A stretch of DNA of 64,000 nt from Microthyrium microscopicum. Lineage: Eukaryota. Shown one piece after another: positions 50,846 to 64,000 of the stretch (position 1 is its first letter; every line of letters begins with the position of its first letter). The position numbers and the translations under genes were made by a program. Under the pieces are notes generated by a model. The model searched no databases. It saw only the letters and a list, made by a program, of their open reading frames with translations, and was not told the DNA's origin. Location of the stretch: NCBI GenBank assembly GCA_010405405.1, contig MU004236.1, forward strand, positions 1,308,070 through 1,372,069, read 5' to 3'.

Positions 50846-53800
50846 TCAACTAAATTGGTCTCCGTGGTCTCCTTCTCCTAGCTTTCTGCCTTTTGGAATA
50901 CCTAGCCGCATCTTCTTAGATTTCCGTGAAGCTTTGTCTCGTTTCTCCTGCTCCAGTCTTAGCTTTTTCTTCCGCTCGTATACCGCTCGAATAGCTCGTT
51001 TCGTTTGCTCTTTGCCCTCATCGTAGTTCGCGCGTGCCAGTGATACCACGTTGTCGATTTGCTCGGGAGTCTGCTTTGTTAGTGAGGCCGCAGCATGGGG
51101 TATTGTGTCAACCGTGGTGAAGAACTTACATAGACCATATTCCACGTCGACAAATAATCCGACACTGCAGGATCCACACCGCGTACTTTGTCATTGGTCA
51201 GCAGTGGAAAGTAGACAACCGTGATTCCCGCGTCTGGGCTCTCAAGTTGGTGTGCATTCTCCCACTTCTCACTGAGCCGTGACGAGCGTGTCTGATTAGT
51301 CGTGCTCCCAACCCACACATTACAATACCCCAAATCTCCATCCCGAGCACCTTCCGGCCGTTTCTTCTGCTCGCCTGCATCATCTCTTTTCACTTCTTCA
51401 ATATGCTGCTCTACATTCTCCTTGCTATCTTCAATTGCTGCCGACAGCTCCTTCTCCGTCTGTGGCACCGCCTCATCCGCCTTTGGCCATCCTGCCCCGA
51501 TGGGCCACCCTCGTATACCGCGCTTGACGGCATAACCATCGACTACGCTCAGCCAGTTGTCCGTTCGTACATCGGCACTACTGTCAAAGGCAACAATGAC
51601 ATCCACCTTGCGACTGGGCCGAAGAAGACAGTAGATGGGCAGGTTGTTGGACATGCCCGCATCCATCAACTCCAGCTTGGGCGCCGTCAGGAGGGTACCG
51701 GACGCAGCCGCCGCTTCGTTGGCTGGGAATTGCCGGAACAGGTCAACGGCGAAGCTGGGGATGGAAGCGGCGCTGATGGGATGTACTTTTAAGAGGGCAT
51801 CGTCGCGGGATGATATGAGCCCGTCGACACCAGAAAAACCAGCAAGACCTTGCATAATTGGGCGGATCTCGCGGTAGTAATGGGATAAGGTTGCGCAAAA
51901 GGCGGATCCCCAGATACCTAAAAGGATTGGAATGCGTGTTTCAGGCAAGGCTAGGCCGTTGCGTCGCCATACTGTCTTTCCTTCCTTGAACTCTCTACCG
52001 ACAGCCCAGATGGGTATTCCAGCACCAAGATCCTCGCTGAACATTTCATATGGACTGAATCTATGAAAGACCTGTTAGTTGTTTGCTTTCAAGTCGAGAA
52101 AGTGGCTAGTTCTGACAAGTGGAAACAGCAAAGGAACGAACATAGTTAAGAAGCAATACACAGTTGCATGGACAATATGAGTATGGCAGAGAAACAACGG
52201 AAAAGGCTACGGAAACAGAAAGAGGAGGCATAACGAAATGGCTACCTAAACAATCAAAACAAAATGGGATGGGCTTTGGCAAATATAATTTGTAGGAACA
52301 TAGCGACCGAGTCAATACAATGAGGTGGAAGAGACGAACACATTACCCTATGCAAAAGATACTGCCGTCCCCTTGTACAATAGACGTATTTGTCTCGGTG
52401 AGATCAGGTAACAGTAAGAAGTCACTGGAAGAGAGTGAAAATTTCGAGAATAAGAGCAGGGAATGGTAAGCAAGTAACTTGATGGAAACATATCACTTGG
52501 TAGGTTCAATGAATGAAATGCAGGCCGCAGGCCGCAGGCAACAGAAAGAAAGAGAGAGACTTACTCGAACCATTGGAACCATGAACCATCATAGTCCTTT
52601 TTGGATTCCTGGTTGCCGTTATCCAGTGGGGCTTCTTCAATCGGAATCTCGTGTCGAACGCAGGAATACAGAGGAAATGGATTCTGTCCTTTGTTGACAT
52701 ACTTCTGTTGTGTCGAGAGCTTCAGGTCATCCATATCGACCCCTAATTCGCCCTTGGGAACCAAAAGTCGACTAGCGAGCAGCATACCATACATATCAAC
52801 GATTCCAAAATCCGCGTCAGGCATTCCCTTTAGTTTTTCGACCAATCCACTCAGCAAGAACTTGTTTGTCGGAGCAGAGTTTATGAGTCCAAATGCTGAG
52901 GGAGGATAGGCCATATGGACACCAAGACGATTTTTCAGATGGTTGATGAGTTTTTCATGGCTTTGTTGGCCCATGGAGCTGTAGTAAAGTGTTTGCAGCC
53001 AGCAGCTACCACTGACGCCAGCGGTATATGTGATACAATCAAATAAGCCAGACTCCTTGGACACCAGATACGATCCAGATCCAGCAACAAGGGCTCGCAG
53101 ACCACCTCCTGATCCGCACATGGCAATGGTAGGGACATCATCAGGGTGGATCTCGTGTTCAGGGAGGTTGAGATACTTTGCTAATGCTTTTACAGTGTGT
53201 TGTTTTCGACTGGCTAGGAAAGCCTTTTCTTCTTCACATATATCGTCCGATATGCGCACGTTTGCATCCCACATGATTTCTGGATTGACCTCTGGATCAT
53301 TTGCTTCTCGCCAGATCTCCTCGGCCAGAGAGCCAGGAGCCATTGATAATTCATTTTGGAATTTGTTCATAAACGCCGGAAAAAGCTTGAGCCAATCAGG
53401 GACTATTAGGCCAGTTATCATATCCGGAATTGAAGCCCATTTTACTGATGAGATGCTTGTAACAAAAGAAGTCCATCCCTTGTCCTCTCCCGAGTTGTCC
53501 TCGTTAGTTGCTATGTTCTGTGGTGGAGGCTCTTGATCTCCAGATTTACTTGATTTAGGTAACCTCGGTTGTCCAGATTTACTTGAATTAGGCAACGTTT
53601 GGTCCTTATCTGAGGTTCCATTGGGTCCAAAGGAGAATGATCTAGACGAGTCCGCTCTCAGTGGTCTCTTTTGAAGGAAGCTACTGTGGGAATTGAAATA
53701 GTAAACACCGCCAGCAACGGTACTACCACTAATAAGGGAGAGGCCCCATCCTGACGCTCTTCTTCCAGCAGTAAGTCCAGCCGCCATGGTTTGGTGTCTT

Positions 53801-53966
53801 CTTAAAGTTGAGCTAGTAAAGAAAGGCCTTAAGCAATCAGTAGGCAGCACGATAGCTACACAATAGATAGATAGACCCACCTCCTTCCCCGTTTGACGTG
53901 ATTCTGATATCGGAAGCTGTTGGCATATCTGATCCTGTATGCACGTGGCACACAGCCAGGCGCCAT
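50846..53966 (-). CDS. Cytosolic-PLA2/lysophospholipase (PLAc domain) family protein
   Basis: Exons 53966-53881, 53827-52565, 52060-51130, 51070-50846. Oxyanion motif CGSGGGLRA, nucleophile GVSGSCW, WFEFSPYE across an intron, catalytic LMDAG, and R.VDVIVAFDSS. Confidence 0.88.
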
Positions 53967-54508
53967 GTAACAATTAGGAAGCAAACACTACTGAGCCACC
54001 AAGACCACAAAGACTAGACACCAGAAAACGCCGCTACAAAAACTGAACGATAGGGTACGATGGAACTGAAAAGTGTTGAATCTTCAAGTATACAAATGAA
54101 AGATTGGAAGAAACGAAAAAGTGGGAAGTTGGAACGCGCTAAGAATCCCTGGCAAACATGCTTGATGCGCACCAATGAGAATTCGAAGAATGAGACGAAT
54201 TTTGATTGGCAGGTGAAGGCATGCAAACCCCTGCCATCCAATTCTGATATCAACATTTGTATGCTTCGGTCCCCTACTCCTCCTCTTCAACATCGTTGCG
54301 CCCTCAGTCACTACGAATTTCCACCGTCCAAAAGCACCTCTTATGAACCATCGTAATCCCCAACCATAATCCACCCGATGTACGCCGGCCTTTCACCCAC
54401 CTACGCGCCTTGCAGAACCATTACAGTCCCTTGCCGGGACTAGCTACTACAATCGTCCCACAAACCGTATCCCCACCCCTCCCATAAGCCACCCGGACTC
54501 CCATCGCC

Positions 54509-56605
54509 ATGGTGGCACGCAAATCGGCCTATGCCGAAGAGAGTGCTGAGGTCGAGGTCCTCTTTGCAAACCTCGAAAAGCTCAACACTCTCACAAAGAA
54601 GATCCAAGGGTCAACCAATCGTCTGGATGCAAGTGGGAAGAATGTCCAGACCGCGCTTGGTCCGATACATGGGAGCACCCGTAATCTCAAAATGATACAA
54701 ACCAGTGCGTATAATTGGATCCGATGATATCTTGCGCTCTTGGTTGCTGACTTGCAACAGATGTCGACCGAACACTGGCCGTGATAAGCAGACTACAGGC
54801 GCCTATGGAGCAGAGAGACCAAGAAGAGACTATTATCCGAGCAGAGTAAGGGTTCCATCAGCAAATGAAGATATCCTACTAATTATTTTTAGTCCACGTC
54901 GTGTAGGTCTCAAGGAATATATTGCCTCGATGCAACGCGCCGATCAGGCACTGCGTGGGTTAAGGAGTACAAGTCTCGCGGCAAATCAAGCTGCTATGAG
55001 GGAGACTCAAGCTCTAGTTAAGTACGGGGCTCGGCAGCTTGAAGAGATATTCAAGCAAACCCTTCTTGCGACTGGTGCTTCAGATGCGCTAGAGCCTCTC
55101 GGATACATCACCAAAGGTATGGTATCGTGCATTGTGCTTGTAATTCGTGCTAACTTGGTTCGTTAGAAAAGCTGTTTCCCATAATACCAAGAGAGGAAGG
55201 TCCACAGCTAAAGATGATCAACAATTTCATTGCCTCTTCCACAACGCGAGGCTCACAAACCAACTTATCAGACATGTACAGCACTGCCAAACTATTCTCT
55301 GATATTCGAGGCAGTTATGTTGCACGAAGCGTGGCGAACATGGCCGCTGCCACCCTTTCGACTGCCCGAAGATCAAAGGAAACGCCATCTGTCTACAAAA
55401 GGGGCGACTGTCAAATTAGTTATTACAAAGTCGCCCTTCATGGCATGCTGGCAGCCGAGTTTGACAATATTAGAATGATTTTCAATCCGGAAGAATACGG
55501 CAAAATTCTCGTCTCTACAGCTCGCCCTGCGCTTGCTGATTTTGGAAAAACTCTCAAGGACTTGAACTTAATTGTCCAGGAGAATCTTATGACGGATAGT
55601 TTCCTCGCGTTTGATGTTCTGGATACATCCTCTAAAATGGGCCAACAGTTGGGAGAGATGGCAGGACCAGAAATCCAGAGAATGATTACCGAGCTATGCC
55701 AACCTATACATGCAACTGCCAAATCAGCCATTCCAAAGATTGTGGAATATACCAAAACTCAAGTTCAGCGACTGGCAACTCTCCCACCGGAAGGCGCTGC
55801 CATTCCTGTAACAGTTGAGACACTCGAAAGACTTCGCTCTCTCACGGATTTCCTTACCCCTGTCATTGGCATTATGAATGCCATAGGAGACGGCAACTGG
55901 GGCAACTCACCAAATTCACCCACTTCCTCCTCAGCACCGTCTCTTAGATCGTTTGACTCTACTTTGGTGGGCAGCATTGGACCTGGCAGCGACGGCGTAC
56001 AAATATTTGTACACTTCTGCGGTGATGTTATCGAAACCCTCGTCTCCACCCTCGATAGCCGTGCGCGCCTACTACTCAAAAACCAAGGCGTACAGGCCGT
56101 CTTCATGCTCAACAACTTGGCTGTCATCGAAGGTATGACACGTGGTCACGAAATACTAGGCGATATGCTACTGAAGAGCGGGACACATTCCCTGCAACCA
56201 CGGCTAGACCTCTGGCGTAGCAAACACATCAAGCTGTACCTCAATTATTGGGGCTCAGCTAGCATGCCACTACTAGATGTGCAGTACACAAGCCGCAACC
56301 GACGGTCGGCAGCAGCCGTTGGCAAGGACAGCGAAGCAATCGTTGCTTCTATGCCTAGCAAGGAAAAGGAGGCCATCAAGGAGAAATTCCGTGCTTTCAA
56401 TGCAGCGTTTGATCAGTTGGTTGCTAACCACAAGACTTATCGTATGGAGCCTCAGGTCAGAGTGTTGCTGGCCAAGGAAGTCACGCAGCTGATTGAGCCG
56501 CTCTATATTCGCTTCTGGGATCGATATCATGAGGTGGATCGTAAAGGCAAATATGTCAAGTACAGCAAAGAGGCCTTGAGTGGCCAGTTGGCTTCCTTGG
56601 GTTAG
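54509..56605 (+). CDS. EXO70: Exocyst subunit Exo70
   Basis: Exons 54509-54704, 54761-54845, 54893-55116, 55167-56605. N-terminus [59 protein letters not shown]. Confidence 0.92.
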
Positions 56606-57014
56606 GATCTGCTTTGGTTGAATTTACCTGGTCAATCACTCTCGCACTGCTGATAAGACCGAACGACAGGCAGCTACTTTTTTGTACAGGTTTTAATCGT
56701 CTATTAGCGAAGTATGGAATACTAACTCTTCTTTTCTCCCTAGGGACACTTTGAAAGTCGTGAAGCTCATCGAGATAACATCTAATAGTGTGACAATATA
56801 GAACAGGACTGAATTAGAAATGAACGATCGCTCGGCAATCGTCCTACGTATTCTTAGCTGGTCATTCAAGCGAATGTCCCCAGACCAGCAAAGTGTCTCG
56901 ATCTCATCAATGGGATGCGAGAAGAAAGCTATCATAACATCCGTAGAGCTCGAACAGAAAAACATTCACTAAACGCTCAACATCACAGTTCCCAAACCCG
57001 AACAGATGACAACG

Positions 57015-57881
57015 TTAGCGCATCATCAGCAGCGACGACGACCATGGATTCATTCCCATCCCCATCCCGCCCCCCATACCATCCATCTCATGATACATAT
57101 CGTCCATGTCGCCATACATGCCACCCATCCCCATCCCCATACCACCACCATACATACTTCCCATCCCCATCCCCATCCCCATCCCTCCCATACCGCCCAT
57201 TCCATACGGACTCATCTCATCATAGTCCTCATAATCATCATAATCATCCTCCTCATACATCGGCCGATTATACGCCGTAATCCTCATCGGCCCCTGCCTC
57301 CCCCCAAACCTCGGATACGCACTCCTAGTCCTCCTTCCACTAAACGGCATGTGCACCCGTCGCTGATACCCAGCCCGCCGACCTGGCATGTACGGCTGAT
57401 ACATATGCGGCGGTGCATACATGCCCATACCGGCACCAGTCATCATCGGCTCCATTCCGTGGCGGCGGCGCCGGGATTGGGCGCCGTCAGCGTAGTAGGC
57501 TTGGCTGCTTGGATTGTTGCTGCTGCTACTGCTGTATCCACTACTGGCGCCATAGGGACCGGCGGCGTAGGCGGAGTAGTAGGGGTTTGGTGGATAGCCA
57601 CGGAGATGCTGCGCGTGCTGGTGGTGAGAGGGCATGCGGGCGTGGGTGTAGCCTTCTGGACCGTAGCTGGTTGGGAAGGGGCCGTGGGGAACCATTTGGG
57701 CCATGTTGCGGGGGAGATAGCTGCCCATGTTTGGTGAGTCGGAGGATGAGGAATCCGAGGGGCTGTTTGGACTGTTGGGGAACCCGCTTGGAAATCCGTT
57801 GGGAAAGGGGGGAGGGATGGCTGGGCGCTGTTGTTGCTGCTGCTCCTGGGGAGGGAACGAGCTTGGTGGTGGAGTTGTCAT
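57015..57881 (-). CDS. Pro/Gly/Met/Tyr-rich low-complexity hypothetical protein (288 aa)
   Basis: Uninterrupted ORF with a TATA-like element upstream (ttgtataaaaa, about 58100, minus strand) and a CA-rich leader. GMGMG repeats and an acidic Tyr stretch. Confidence 0.6.
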   Translation of the reverse strand: MTTPPPSSFPPQEQQQQQRPAIPPPFPNGFPSGFPNSPNSPSDSSSSDSPNMGSYLPRNMAQMVPHGPFPTSYGPEGYTHARMPSHHQHAQHLRGYPPNPYYSAYAAGPYGASSGYSSSSSNNPSSQAYYADGAQSRRRRHGMEPMMTGAGMGMYAPPHMYQPYMPGRRAGYQRRVHMPFSGRRTRSAYPRFGGRQGPMRITAYNRPMYEEDDYDDYEDYDEMSPYGMGGMGGMGMGMGMGSMYGGGMGMGMGGMYGDMDDMYHEMDGMGGGMGMGMNPWSSSLLMMR

Positions 57882-60728
57882 TCACCAGAAGTGTTGGGTG
57901 GGTGAGGGCTGCTTTGCTGTCAAAGCATACTGTGGGGAGTGTTGAGTGGATGGGCGAAGGGCAAACTTCTTGTAGAGGTTGTGGGTGGGACAGATGGAGG
58001 TTGTGTTTTGGATATTTGGAAGTTTGTGGAACGGGTGCATTGAATTTTGAAGGGTAAAGGTCGGTGAGCTGGGATGGGGATAGGGATTGTTTTTATACAA
58101 CGTTATTCTGATGTGATCTTGCTTCGCAAGGGTGGAATTTGATGCTTCTTGGGTTTGCTGGACGATGATGAGTTCGTCCTGAAGGCCAGCCGGCGGTTGC
58201 TCAATTTGCCTCTGGTAAAGCTATGAATTGGTTGGTGGGCAAGTGCTTCGACGAGAAGTGATACATGATGCCAATCCCAAGGAGGTTAAGATTCCGGTCA
58301 TGATGGGGGGACTAGATTGGGGTGAAGTAGATTAGTCTGGGGTAATGTACATCTCCAACGGCTGCCGAATAGCGATAACTTGATTCAGACAAGCCTTGAC
58401 CTACATTTGAAGCGTCTGTCGTCCAGAGCTTACGTAGAGGGTGGCCAGTGACTGCAATATTTGATAAATACTTGGATGACAGGTCGACCAGACAGGGGTT
58501 ACTTCAGATAGCAAACAGACAGAGACAAACATATCTCAGGAATCATGAACACAAAACGGGAGGAGGCGACAATGGTAAGGAAGTAGCAAACTATGAAGTC
58601 GATAGCAAACAGCTAACTCATAAATGGTTGCTCAACCCCGGCTGCACCATTTTTGTACTCGGCAGGCTTCCTCCATTCGAGTAAGACGAAGAAGAGATCT
58701 CGAAGATTCTAAACACTCACTAGCATATATTGAAGTAAACTAGCCTAAAACTCTGAAAGTGCTGTTGGTGAATGTAACATAACATACCAGTCATAAAGAA
58801 TGTTGAACGCTGTCAATCTTCATTGGAACACACAAAAAGGAGTCGACTCTACTTCATAGTCGATATACTCGACTCCAGGTAAAAGCATAGATACTTTGAC
58901 GAGCTTGATTCAAATCTGCTCCAATTACGTCTCGCATGTAATCAGCGCACGATACTGTTGACATAGATACCTACCTAGGTGCCTAAAGTAGGTAGCACGA
59001 CGTCGGTATATCGTTGCCGGGAGTACACATCTTTACGGTTGATAGCCGGAGGCATTTGACCATCTCCTCGTTGCGTGCCAAGGTTGATTGGCCTCCTTAT
59101 GGCTGCTTGTGTACAACGTTGGGCGGTAGCTTACGAGGGATCTACTTTCCAAGAATGCTCCCAATCCTAGAGTATTGCCAAACGAAACAACCAGTTATAT
59201 CCACCAAGCTGTCTGTTATGATCAGCACACCGGTCTTTCTATCCAATTGGCTGGCGCTCTATGAGTTATCAACAAGCTGTGGTCCGAGTTTAGGTGTGGT
59301 GAACGAAACTATTAACTACGATTGGAATAGAAAATTTAAAGGACCGACTATTAGAGTTCTACAAATGGTCAGGATGAGACAGGAATTCAGGTTGAGGTCG
59401 ACAGTGTAACTGACTTTCATAGTCACTAAGATATCTTCGAACCGACTACTAGGCCGTAAATCACACTCCTCTTCCGCGAGAATTCAATGATAGCGTGCGG
59501 ATTAAGGATGAAGGGTAGTCCGAAGGTACGCAAATATGATGAGCATTACCAAACTATGAGGAAGCAGAACCATTGAAGCTCTTGCATCTACAAGATATTG
59601 GTACGCTGCAAAACCCTTCGGCACATAGTATTGACACGTCGCATCTAGGCCATCAAGATCTCGGATGTTGGGCGCCTTGGGCTCAGCGGTTGAAGCTATC
59701 GAATTAATGGTCGGTCGAAATGTTGCTGGTACCTGTCCAGCCGCACAGCCAGTTTTTGTAAAGATCTCGTTCCTATTGCCAACTAATGACGAGCTCTATC
59801 AATGAATTTCAAGCCGGACTTGTTAAAAGCATTCGGACAGAAAACAAGCTTCTCATCTCTATGCTTGATCGGCTCATTGCTAACTGATGCTTCTGACCCG
59901 GTGTAGTACAATCGCGTCTTCTCCAGCCAGTCGCAAGAACCCGTAAAAGTAGACAGCAAACATGACGAAGCCGGGTATTTTGTGTAACCAGAACAGATCT
60001 TGATATCTTCAATTCTCCATGCTCGTCCAGTATCTTTAACGCGATGGCGCGGTCAGAAAAGAAAAGTGCCAAGGCTTCTGATTACAGAGCCAGCTCACAA
60101 CAGCCTCCTGACGCGCCTTTTGAAATCAAAAGAGATTGGGTTCATGGTCGCGCGGTACCCAGCTTTGGGAGCGCGCACAGAAAAGCACACGGAAAAGAAA
60201 AATAAGAGGAAAGAATTGGGGGTCGTACCGGTATGTGGTCTCTACCAGCCCTCGCAAATTTATGAGTTGGGGATCCGCTAAGGAATAAGTAACATCTTGG
60301 CTCTATTGAAAAATTGATGACTTCAATTTTAGAGCTGAGCACATGCGTCTTTAGATTAGCGGCGCCAGGGCCTCGAGAAATAGCGATACTCCCACTAAAG
60401 TATATCGCGCTAATGTATGATACACGTATGTAAGCAGATTTCAGGGTTTTCAAAACGGCACTACAGACTTTTGATCAATCGCGGGAAAGCTTCCATCCTC
60501 AACCTCAACTCCGTACTCTCACACTCTAACTTAACTTGCAAGTTGCCTCCATCACATATCACTGTCTTCATCGACTGTATACCAACACTCGCATATCTCC
60601 ATCCCGAATCCATACCGCTATCCTCAAGCATCACCTTCAGACCACCCATCTCTCAATAATCGCCTCGTGCTCCACAAAACCAAGCGCGCTCCTTGCCTAT
60701 ACTTGTCAAATACTTGATCACCACAAAA

Positions 60729-63700
60729 ATGGCAGATACCTTTGCTTCTAAAGCAGCTCAAAGCACAAACTCAAGCTCCCCTCGAACAGATACTGGAGAA
60801 CCATGGTATGTTTTCCCCCTCCTGCCACCCTCTTATCCGTCTGCAGCACGTTGTGCACCTGCTCTGAAGTATCATGTATTTTTATCATGGCACGCGACAA
60901 CCTACATGATCAACCACTAGGACGACATCGCGTGTCTTTTTCATGTTCTACTTCCTTCTGCTACATCTACGGCGCTTTGTTTCTCGTTTCATGCTCGTGT
61001 GGTCGCTAGTCGTCCGCGTCTCATTTCTGGTTCATGAGCTAACTCTCTCTGCTTACAGGTCTCGACGCGCAAATGGTTCTCAAATTCTTCGTAGAACTTC
61101 CGCTGCTCCCAGCTCGGTCACACAAGGATCAACACGCGATACCACCACTCAGAACCGCAACTCCTCAGAGCACCTAGGCCCATATGTACCACCGCACCGT
61201 ACCAATGGTGCTGCCAGCGGACCTTCATATTCATACCCCAAAGACGGCATGTTGTCACTCTACCAATCCCTGAAAGAATCCGGAGACCTCGAGAGAGATG
61301 TATCGGATTTGTTCGTACCCGGATGGGACCCGGATGCTGGCAACGTTCCCACTTCACCTTGGCACCGCCGCGATGATCAACAGCGCGATGTGCAGCCTGG
61401 CGTAGAAGTCGCCTGGATTCCTAATGGCAGTGTGCGGCCCCTCGGCCTGACAGACTGGACCGCAGAAGAGCGAGAGGTTAGTATCCCATTCTTACGCGTT
61501 ACTTCACCGCTAACCTCAATAGACCTTCTCCGGTTCCGTTAATTCGCCCATCAAACCACCGGTACAGAACGCCGCCAAAGAAGGCGCTACTCGCGAGCCC
61601 ACCCACCGTAAATCTTCCGTCTCTGGTGTACAAAACAGCCCAGGAGGTTACGGTCTTACCTCTCCAACTGCACGACCTGGAAATCGCCGTCGTGATACTA
61701 GCGAAGCTTATCCGTTTCCTCCCGCACAAACTTCTGGGAATGGTCGTTTCCCTCGAGAAGAATCTTCCACGATGCCTCTTCCACCAGCATCTCTTTTGCG
61801 CCGCAGAACCGAGTTAGCCAAAGATATTGACCAAGACGAAGTAGAGAAAGAAAAGGAGAAGCCTAGTAAAGCAGAAAATGCGTCACCTTTTGCCGGTCTC
61901 AAACGGGCTGTCACAGGTGGATTAGCCACAAACGGTTCTTGGAATTCTCCAAGCGGGCAAGGAGGCTCTACGTTTTCCCCTATGGGCGGCGCTTTCAGCA
62001 ATTTCCCCATAGGATCTGCCGCAGCCACACCTACTACTGCTGACAAGCGATCTGGGTTTGGCAGCATGAGCCGATTCAAAGGATTGATGAAAGAGTCCAA
62101 CGGAGAAGGAAACTCGCCTCTTAGAGAGAAGACGTCGCTCATAGGACTGGGGAGTTACCTCGACAACGCAGAATCCAAGCCACCGCCATCCAAAAGTGAA
62201 ACCTCGAACCCGTTCGCCGAGTCTAAATTACCGACTGGAAGCGCTGCTTTACAAGGTGGGGATGACTTGAGCCCGCCTCGAACTCGAGGTACTGCTCAAC
62301 GTCTTCCAGGAATAAGCAGTAGACTAAGCCAGGACTTCCAACAAGACGCGAATCAGCACCCGTCGCGTGGTGGTCCTGGCGAACCGATGAGCCCCACTGG
62401 CACCAATACATATCAAAGCCCAGAGAATAACAAGCACCAGTCGAGCGAATTAACCAATGATGCGTTTCAACAGACTTTACCAGGACTTGGTGGTTACATG
62501 CCGGGCGAGACCTTCCCTGGCCTAGCTGGATTCAATAGCATGAAGCCCGGCCCTGGCCTTGATACAGTGGATCGAAGCGGAAGTCGAGGACCTTCACTTG
62601 GCCAGATGGGTTCTCTTCCAGGGCTAGGCTCAAGTTCAACCTGGAACACTATGCAAGCGACGGCTGGTACACCTACGCGTGAGCGTCCGGCTCCTTTTGG
62701 AACTGCGTTTGGAGATGGAATCTTTTCTCCAGTCGATCAACCAGCAGGGCTAGGATTCTCACCTAGTACTTTTGGAAATGCGTCTGGCTTTGGTAGTATC
62801 GGCCGAGGAAGCCGGATACAATCTTTTCTACCGCAGGCAATGCACGATCAAACAAGACAACAAGACCCTGCTGGATTATCTAATGATAGACCATTTGATC
62901 CATTCAGTATGCCATCACAATCTGGATATCAAGGCTTGGATCGAAACATGTTTGGCGCAGGCCCATTAGGAGGTCCTCCGACTCGGGAGGGCGATAGCCC
63001 TTTTCGAACAGGTCGAGCCTTCCCACTAGATGATATGATTTCAAGTCAGAATCCTGGCAGCGTTCCTGGCGACAACAATGCATCTCCTATCATTGCCTCA
63101 GGGACCACACCTCAGCAGGGAGCTCAAGGGATTTCCCGGGGTCCACAACGTCAAGGCTCTGTCAACAGTAACACTTCCAGTCAACCAGGGCCTCCACAAG
63201 TCAGAACCATGGTTATGCCCGATAGAATGAAGTGGGTGTACAAAGACCCGGATGGAGTAACTCGAGGTCACTATTCAGGTCTGGAAATGCATGACTGGTA
63301 CAAGGCGGGCTACTTCACACCAGAGTTGCTCATTCGAAAGCTTGAAGATAGGGAATTTGAACCACTTGCTCAGTTGATTCGGAGAATTGGCAACTCTCGG
63401 GAGCCATTTCTGGTTCCTCAAATCGGTGTGCCTCATGAGCCTGTCAATGCTCGCGGCATGCCTTTGGGCGGCGCCGGCGGCGGTCAGCCTCCTTTCCCCA
63501 ATAGCTTTCCAAGCTTCGGGACTACATTGACCGCTGAACAACAAAATGCCTTGGAGCGACGCAAGCAGGAGGAGCAGTTTTTGATGGCTCGCCAGAAGGA
63601 ATCTCTCGCTCAACGACAGTATATGATGAATATTGGGATGCATGGTAATAGCGGTAGCAGCTTCCCCACGCCCACTCTCAACCACCAGGCGAGCCAGCAA

Positions 63701-64000
63701 AGCTTGCATAGCCAGCCTAGTTTTGGGAATCTCGCCTCTATTGGAAATTTTGGAGCTCCAGGCATGCCAGGGCCTATAGGGGCTAGTCCTGCTATGCCGG
63801 GTATGGTCGATACTGGCTATCGTGGAGCGCCTGGTATGCCATCCGCTGGTGGATTAGGCATGGATGTGCTTAGCAATGTGCCTGAAGAAGGCCTCAATGA
63901 CATTATGAGCCGCCTCGATATGAACCTAGGCTCTGGGCATGATGGACTTGGCTCACTTGGCCCTTTAGGCCAGCACGGGAACGGAGCTAATCAAGCTCAT
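60729..64000 (+). CDS. GYF-domain protein (Smy2/Syh1/GIGYF type), 3'-truncated by window end
   Basis: Exons 60729-60805, 61059-61476, 61523-beyond 64000. The ORF track misses the long third exon because it has no stop in the window. GYF domain at about 63215-63365: MPDRMKWVYKDPDGVTRGHYSGLEMHDWYKAGYFTPELLIRK. Confidence 0.88.

Noticed and set aside
57006..58057. His/Pro-rich plus-strand ORFs
   Set aside because: Antisense reading of the GGN-ATG repeats of the minus-strand Gly/Met-rich gene.
58839..58996. Short inverted repeats (ggagtcga/tcgactcc; tacctac/gtaggta)
   Set aside because: Too short to be significant; TAGGTA-type motifs are common in fungal intergenic DNA, and no TSD was seen.

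Overview
Eukaryotic, intron-containing DNA from a filamentous ascomycete (Pezizomycotina): short GT-AG introns with CTAAC/CTGAC branch sites and two AT-rich, TpA-rich patches typical of RIP. The class is not determinable from the sequence. I built the gene models by hand. They are: a Ras-like-domain/RasGEF gene, a yippee/MOH1 gene, two divergent paralogues of an uncharacterised family, a small multi-CaaX peptide precursor, CSF1, HFL1/TMEM184, a Ser/Pro-rich hypothetical protein, a secreted 3xLysM protein, medA, a 67-aa single-TM microprotein, a cPLA2/lysophospholipase, EXO70, a Gly/Met-rich low-complexity protein, and a GYF-domain protein that runs off the right edge. Two signals stand out. 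(1) At 11852-12073 there is a 73-aa ORF made of three units, each ending in CaaX (CTVM/CSVM/CTVM). It looks like a polyprotein a-factor-type lipopeptide pheromone precursor encoding two different peptides. Upstream lie a 32-bp-phased repeat array, HMG-box-like sites and a RIP-mutated DNA transposon with an 8-bp TSD. (2) The RasGEF TAG stop is followed directly, in the same frame, by 219 open codons ending in a CC-CaaX motif. This suggests a readthrough, edited or alternatively spliced lipid-anchored isoform. No rRNA, tRNA or CRISPR was found. All product calls rest on motif recognition, not database searches.
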